From Ginglymostoma cirratum (Eukaryota), in NCBI GenBank assembly GCA_024137785.1, contig JAHRHZ010000133.1:26560598-26624597 (forward strand): DNA of 64,000 nt, written 5' to 3'. The notes below the pieces were generated by a model that worked only from the letters and a program-made list of their open reading frames with translations, did not search any database and was not told where the DNA came from. The translations under genes and the position numbers were made by a program. The stretch's first letter is position 1. Each line of letters starts with the position of its first letter. Below are positions 56,968 to 64,000 of the stretch, piece by piece.

Positions 56968-57405
56968 AACCCAACGAACTGTGGATGCTGTAAATCAGGA
57001 ACAAAAACAAAGTTGCTGGAAAAGCTCAGCAGGTCTGGCAGCATTTGTGAAGGAGAAAACAGAGTTAACGTTTCGGGTCCGGTGACCCTTCCTCAGAACT
57101 GATGGTGGCTGGGAAAACGTCAGTTTATATGCAGAAAATAGGGAGGTGGGTGGGATCGGGAGTAAACGATAGGATAGAACCCATAGAGACAGAAAGACAG
57201 TTGGACAGACGAAGGAGTTGCTAACGATCAGGCTGGGAGGGTGAATAGTTGTCAAAAGGGACTGTTAGTGACTAACAACAGGGGGTGTGTAATGGCAGGT
57301 TATGTGGTAACAAGGCCTGGTGCATGGGGTGGGGGGCTGGAACATGGGAGAGTTTAGGCCCTAAAATTATTGAACTCAATATTGAGTTAGGAGGGCTCAT
57401 TAAAT
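56968..57405 (-). mobile_element. 5'-truncated PLE family C, 15-bp TSD
   Basis: TSD tcagattaacataaa 56953-56967 / 57406-57420; end of GIY-YIG ORF (LNIEFNNFRA) followed by terminus. Confidence 0.82.
57063..57100 (-). ncRNA. minimal hammerhead ribozyme motif, sense to HEATR5A pre-mRNA
   Basis: AGUU-CUGAGGA-A-GGGUC(ACCG)GACCC-GAAA-CG-UU-AACU. Confidence 0.68.
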
Positions 57406-57525
57406 TCAGATTAACATAAATCATGGCAACAAACCTCTTCATGCAACAAAGCTAAAGAGGATATTTTTTTAAACAAAACTGAATTTTCATGCTTCCACAT
57501 TTGGAAGTATTTCCTTTTAATCTCA

Positions 57526-57825
<300 letters not shown>

Positions 57826-58010
57826 TCAGGACAAATGCAAGAATGTCAAGTTTCAAATAATTACAAAAGTTTAAGCAACAGAAAGGAGGTGCCGATGAGT
57901 TGGCAAGTCAACTCGGTGGGCTGGGGTGTTGCCAAGGAGAAAGCAACATGAAATTATATGCCTTCCACACACCTCACAGGTAATACAAAACAGGTACAAA
58001 GATGAACATA

Positions 58011-58628
58011 GATAACAAGGTGTAGAGCTGGATGAACACAGCAGGCCAAGCAGCATCAGAGGAGCAGAAAGGCTGACGTTTCGAGCGAAGGGTCTAGGCC
58101 CGAAACGTCAGCCTTCCTGCTCCTCTGATGCTNNNNNNNNNNNNNNNNNNNNNNNNNNNNNNNNNNNNNNNNNNNNNNNNNNNNNNNNNNNNNNNNNNNN
58201 NNNNNNNNNNNNNNNNNNNNNNNNNNNNNNNNNNNNNNNNNNNNNNNNNNNNNNNNNNNNNNNNNNNNNNNNNNNNNNNNNNNNNNNNNNNNNNNNNNNN
58301 NNNNNNNNNNNNNNNNNNNNNNNNNNNNNNNNNNNNNNNNNNNNNNNNNNNNNNNNNNNNNNNNNNNNNNNNNNNNNNNNNNNNNNNNNNNNNNNNNNNN
58401 NNNNNNNNNNNNNNNNNNNNNNNNNNNNNNNNNNNNNNNNNNNNNNNNNNNNNNNNNNNNNNNNNNNNNNNNNNNNNNNNNNNNNNNNNNNNNNNNNNNN
58501 NNNNNNNNNNNNNNNNNNNNNNNNNNNNNNNNCTGCTCCTCTGATGCTGCTTGGCCTGCTGTGTTCATCCAGCTCTACACCTTGTTATCTCAGATTCTCC
58601 AGCATCTGCAGTTCCTACTATCTCTGCA
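58011..58628. mobile_element. fold-back PLE family A insertion spanning a 400-N gap, 15-bp TSD
   Basis: TSD acaaagatgaacata 57996-58010 / 58629-58643; hairpin centre visible at ~58083-58090. Confidence 0.82.
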
Positions 58629-59339
58629 ACAAAGATGAACATATTCTGTTAAATGCAGAGAATGGATTCCTGCATCTGAAAAGTTGTTACTGCTGGCAAA
58701 CAAAACTGGGCAACATTGTGTGTTTGATGGAATATCATAAGTTAGTTATTTGCACAGATTCAGTGCAATTAAAATTGTTCAGCACCAACAAAGTGACATC
58801 AAACAGAAGGTGCTGTGCTTTCAGTTTTTCCGTTGTGGCTGGTTGAATACCGTCTGCGCTCTGCCCATTCCAAATAACCAAAAGAACATGCTGTTTGATT
58901 GTATCAATCAATTGTTGGGTCATGTGGCTTATATACTTGGAATTGCGTTGACAGAATCCTGTTACTGTTAGAGTTTCTCATGTAGCCACTGCATTAATAA
59001 GAAGCCACAGTCATCCTATGAATGCTTGAATTCCAGGGCTATAGGAAAGTCAAAAATCAAAACAAAATGAAGTGTAAAGGTACGTTACCATTTATGTTTT
59101 CACGTGTTTATCAGTAGTCGGTACTGTGGGCTTTCTTTTCATTTGTCAATTATCTCTTTGTTCTTTCGCAAACTTAATGAATCCAGTTTCAGAGCTGCTC
59201 CATGACTCAATAGATCAGCAAAGTATCTATGCCTTACTCTGGACACAATATCAATGGACTATTCAACTAAGAAGGGTTACTTGCCTGTACTCAATTCACT
59301 TTTATCAAACCTCCCCATACAGAGAATTCAGCATCACTT

Positions 59340-60260
59340 TGAAGCAGACTGGGGGGAGTGAGCAACAAGTCAGTATTTTACCGTGAAGTAGCGTGAGTGA
59401 GTGGAAGAAACTGTGCTGTGAGAGAGCGCGCGCGTGCGGAGAGAGAGAGAGAGCACGCGCGCGAGAAAGAACAGCAGCTTAATAAAGAGAGAACAGCACA
59501 GAGACAACAGCTCCCTAAAGAGCAAGAGAGAGAACGGAGTCAGCAGCTTCTCAAACAACACACCTTCATAAAGAGAAAAGCGGACCTGTGAGAGAAGGAC
59601 AGTGATGACAGGAGAGAAAAAAAAAAACAGGTTGCAGAGAGCCCATTCAACTTGTCTCATCCTGTAAGAGCCAAAGTGCGATGTCACAGGAAAAAAGGCT
59701 GACAATTGGTGGGTGTTTCTTCATTGTATTTCAACTGCACAGTAGATTTAAATCAAGAAACATTATCACAGCTGAAGAATTAGTGAGGAAATTCACCTTT
59801 TCAATATTTAACATCCTCCAAATTTATTAACTGAATAGAACAGAAATGGTGTGCCAGTGATGTGTTGCAGATGTACCGTGTGAGAGCCGACAGATGCCAA
59901 TATGATCCACAGTGACAACATCTGAAAGTATTGGCTGCTCAAGGAACATCAGCTGAGAGGTGACGAGCTGGAGTTCGAGTCCTGGAAACTGTGACACATC
60001 GAGTAGAGGGAAAAGTAAATGGACACTATTTCAGGAGACTGTCATTCCCTTCAGATTAATTACATTAAAAGTGGTTCATAGTCAGGTAGGTGGGTGTAGG
60101 TGAGAATGAGACATGTATCAGGATCCAGAATATAGCTTTGGAGTAACCTCAGCCAGTGCCCTGATTTAATTGTACCAGGATTTCTCCCCACAGTAGGGAC
60201 AAGGGCACAGACTGCAGGGAAGATGAGTGAACTGAAAGCAGCGCCAATCAGTCCAGAGCA
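59340..60260 (+). mobile_element. decayed LINE 5' region (CR1 ORF1-like), similar piece at ~48660-49060; includes GA/GC microsatellite ~59415-59470
   Basis: gagctggagttcgagtcctggaaactgtgacacatc matches gagctggagattgagacactatgacacatc at ~48970. Confidence 0.45.
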
Positions 60261-60340
60261 TCTTTCAAGTCTTAGAGTCATACAGAACAGAAACAGACCT
60301 CTCAGTCCAACCAGTCCATAGTGAAGGCAGTAAAGAGAAA

Positions 60341-60725
60341 TGTGAGGTTGTTGACTTGCCCGCTGAGCTGGCTTGTTTTTGTTCAGACGTTTCATCACCG
60401 TGCTAGGTAACATCATCAGTGAGGCTTTCGATGAAGCAATGCTGTTCTCCTCCGCTTGGAATTTATACTGTCCGGTCTGTTACAGTGAGTAGTGTCATTT
60501 CCGGTTCTGTTCTGTAGGGGTTTGTATATGGGGTACAATTCTATGTTTGTTGATTGCATTATGGGTTGTCAGTGCTGATATGTCTTGATGTAGGGCAGTG
60601 TGGCTTGTAGGTTAGGGCATACTGTGTCCTCTTGGCGTTGCCTATTTAGTAGGCACCTACGGATGAAGTTGAGGGGATATCCGTTCATACTGAAGATTTT
60701 GTATAGGTGCTATTACTCCGCCTTG
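60341..60725 (-). mobile_element. internally deleted PLE family B (RT thumb/linker + terminus with hammerhead motif at 60383-60422)
   Basis: HLYKIFSMNGYPLNFIRRCL..ATLPYIK (PLE NGYP motif); ctgatgatgttacctagcacggtgatgaaacgtc. Confidence 0.75.
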
Positions 60726-61289
60726 AGCAGTCAGACTTCAACTATAAGCTGAATGGCAAACTTCCAAGCCTTCACTGACTGATCTACTCCCAGAATTTCA
60801 TGAGGACCAATCTAGCACTAAATTAAGAGCCTTCCAAAAAACTGAAAGGAACACAAATGGGCTTCTGCTCAAACTAATGGGAGTGTAAACACCAACAAAA
60901 CACTAGTCTTACATTCTTCATGACGATAGAATCCAGCTGACTGCTTAAAAGATTATTCAACTGCAAAGTAGTCATACAACTGCACCTTGCAATTACATAG
61001 TATCTCAAAAGAAAAAAGCTACATAACACAAAGGGAAGCTGATTCAAAATAGGGTTTAGTTAGAAAGGTGAACAAAATTTTGACAAGAAGTCATTTTCAA
61101 TTTGGACTTAAAAGAAGTTGGAAGAGAGGCAGACATATTGAGATGGAAATTCCAGAATTACAAGACAGTATTTTTTTTCTACTCATAGCACAACTATATC
61201 AGCATTTATCGCCCAAAATTTGATCATCGACCCTTAACATTCAATAGCTTTATCCTGTGGTCAATTTCCTAAACCAACATCCTGGGGAT

Positions 61290-62285
61290 TACCACTGACC
61301 AGAAAGCTTAACTCAGCCAGCCATATAAATACTGCAGGTAGGACAGGTAGTCAGAGACAAGAAATTCTGTGGCAAGTAACTCACCTGCAAAGCCTGTCCA
61401 GTATCTACAAGGTACAAATCAGGAGTGCTCTGGAATACTCTCCTCTAGTCTAGAGGGGTGCAGTTCCAACATTGCTCAAGATTTTCAACACATTCCAGGG
61501 CAAAGCAGTCCACTTTACTGACATCTTATCTACCCCAGTAGACAGTCACTCCCTCCAATGCATTGGTAGCAGTGTTTACCATCTGTAAGATGCACCACAG
61601 CAACATAACAAGGCTCTTTTGATGTCACCTTCCAAACTCATGGTACTTTCTACCACCAGGAAGAAGGAAACAGAAAAATGTGAATATTACCACCTGTAAG
61701 TTCCCTTTAAAGCCAGACACCATTTTGAATTGTAACTGTAAATAACTGTTCTTCTACTATTGTTGGATCAAAACCCTGGAATTTTGAATGCAACAGCATT
61801 ATGGGTTTATCTACAGCACTGGGGAGACAATGGTCTCATGGTATTATCACAGGACTGTTAATCCAGAGACCCAATAACGTTCTGGGGACCCAGGTTCAAA
61901 ACCCGCCACAGCAGATGGTGGAATTTGAATTCAATAAAAATATCTGGAATTATATCTAATGATGACTATGAATCCACTGTCGATGGTCAGGAAAAACTCA
62001 TCTGGATCATTAATGTCCTTTAGGGAAGAAAACTGTCATTCCTACCTGGTCTGGCCTAAATGTAACTCAGACGCACGGCATGGGGTTGACTCTGAACTAC
62101 CCTCTGAGCAATTAAGGATGGACAATAAATGCTGCCTAGCCAATGACGTCCTCCCGTTAATGAATAAAGGAAAAAAAAAAAATAGACTTATATCAAGAAG
62201 GAAGCTCACCCCTATCTTCTCAACTGAAATTAGGGGTGGGCAATAAATGCTGCCTTAGCCTGGATACCATAATCCATAAAGGATT
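61290..62285 (+). mobile_element. decayed LINE 3' end (42690 family), interrupted by SINE 61821-62180
   Basis: YKVQIRSALEYSPL.W-like motif; tail aattaggggtgggcaataaatgctg resumes after the SINE. Confidence 0.7.
61821..62180 (+). mobile_element. tRNA-derived SINE, near full length with poly(A)
   Basis: A-box tggtctcatggt, B-box ggttcaaaacc; tail gcaattaaggatggacaataaatgctg..tgaataaa(g)n(a)n. Confidence 0.78.
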
Positions 62286-62958
62286 ATGTTGAAACGTATC
62301 ATCAGAATCATTTGAAGGAATGACCGTGAATATCAAGCAAATGAAAGGGTGTGCATAAGAGGTCAGAATTAGAAGAACAAAAAAAAAGGTGGCGTGGAGG
62401 TGTCAGGCTGGAGATTTTTTTTGGTGTGGGATGCATGGTTATAAAATAATGTAAACACAGATGGAATCTTTAAGAGATTTTGGGCGATTAGGAACCAAAG
62501 TAGGCAAGTGAAGATAGGAATACCGCATGAGCAGAGTCTGGGGAAGGACTGCATATGGGAAGCAGGGTTTTCCAATCAGCTGAACGTGAAGGACAGGAAA
62601 TCATGGAATAGTTGCATACAAAAGAATCAAAAACAAAGATGATACATTTCAGCATTTAAACAGAGTAAGGTATAAACGATCTTGACTGTAAATTCACAAA
62701 GTCACATTTTACTGCAAAGATCAAGAATAGGGATCCTCGTTAATTTCTCCCCTGACTCAATAAATCTACAACAGTCCTAAAGCAACATCAGTTGTAAATC
62801 ATTCAGCACAGATCAAGGAAAGTGGCACTGGCTCAGTAAGACTCGTTATCATACATTGCAGTACATTTATCTCACCAACACACACATACATTTTTTTTTT
62901 TAAAAATTGAGGCATGTTTTGCACAACAATCTCGAAGAATTTTATATTGATATACTCA

Positions 62959-63189
<231 letters not shown>

Positions 63190-63419
63190 CTAAATTTATC
63201 ATTTCTTCAGTTATGGCCAATTATCTCAAGCAAAACGAGCAGTTTTAAAGATCTGTTATTCCAATATACAAACTGCACCATACACATTCCACAACAAACA
63301 GTGCCAACCACACACGAGCTGCTGCACGTACAACCATTTTAACAAATTCAAAACAATAAGGTGCACACAGTCATTCATAATCAATGTGACAAAGAGAACT
63401 GTGAATGACAAATAAAGAT

Positions 63420-63660
63420 ATTGGTTTTATATAGGACCTCTTAGGATTTCAGGATAGCCTACTGTGCTTTACAGCCAATGAAAATTTTTGAATTGCAGTG
63501 ATATTTGTAATGCCAAAAACGCAGCACCCAGTTTGTACATTGCAGCATCCAAACAGCAATTGGAGAATGACCAGACAGTATGCATCTGCTGAGAGTTGAG
63601 GGAATAGTATCTTGTGAGATACGGAACAGAGCTCTCCTGCTCTTTTTTGAACAGCTCCAT
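63420..63660 (-). mobile_element. ancient Deu-type SINE 3' half
   Basis: Reverse complement reads ttcaaaaaagagcaggagagctc..ccctcaac..ctggtcattctccaattgctgtttgga..cattggctgtaaagcac. Confidence 0.5.
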
Positions 63661-64000
63661 GTGTTAAGCACTGTGTTCAAGAGAATACTCTATGGCAGTA
63701 TGCGTGTCCAGTAGAACAAGAGTGTCTTCTAGATCTGGTTCTTGGGAACAAGGTGGTCCAAGGAGATCAAGTGTCAGTGCAGCAATGTTTAGAGTAAAGG
63801 ATGATGGTTATCAGAAAATTTAGGTGATGGCAGAAAAAGACAATCCAGAGTTAAAATTACTCATGGGGGAAAGCCAATTTCAATGGGGCGAGAGAGACTG
63901 GAACAAAGGTGTGAAAAATTGTAGCTGAACAATAAGCTATCTTCAAAAAAGAGATGGTTCAGAAACAGTAAAGGTATATTCTGTCACAACAAAAAAAGGT

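Overview
AT-rich, repeat-dense vertebrate genomic DNA, almost certainly a shark/elasmobranch (HE1-type V-SINEs, abundant CR1 LINEs). The window holds the 3' part of one spliced gene on the minus strand, HEATR5A: 19 GT-AG coding exons from 63150 down to a TGA at 6655-6657. I joined them by hand to 3633 nt (1210 aa + stop) with consistent phases; the 5' exons lie beyond the window. A probable 3'UTR with AATAAA signals follows. The introns are filled with retroelements: CR1 (one young copy with an open 397-aa RT frame), L2-like and other LINE remnants, HE1, Deu-type and other SINEs, LTR-like pieces, and more than 15 Penelope-like element (PLE) fragments from at least four families. The most notable signal is that the PLE termini carry minimal hammerhead ribozyme motifs (CUGAnGA..stem II..GAAACGUH). 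Many of these occur as short, often fold-back insertions with 10-17 bp target-site duplications, and all three 400-N assembly gaps sit inside such hairpins. Repeat family names come from my recognition of motifs, not from a database search, and repeat boundaries are approximate.
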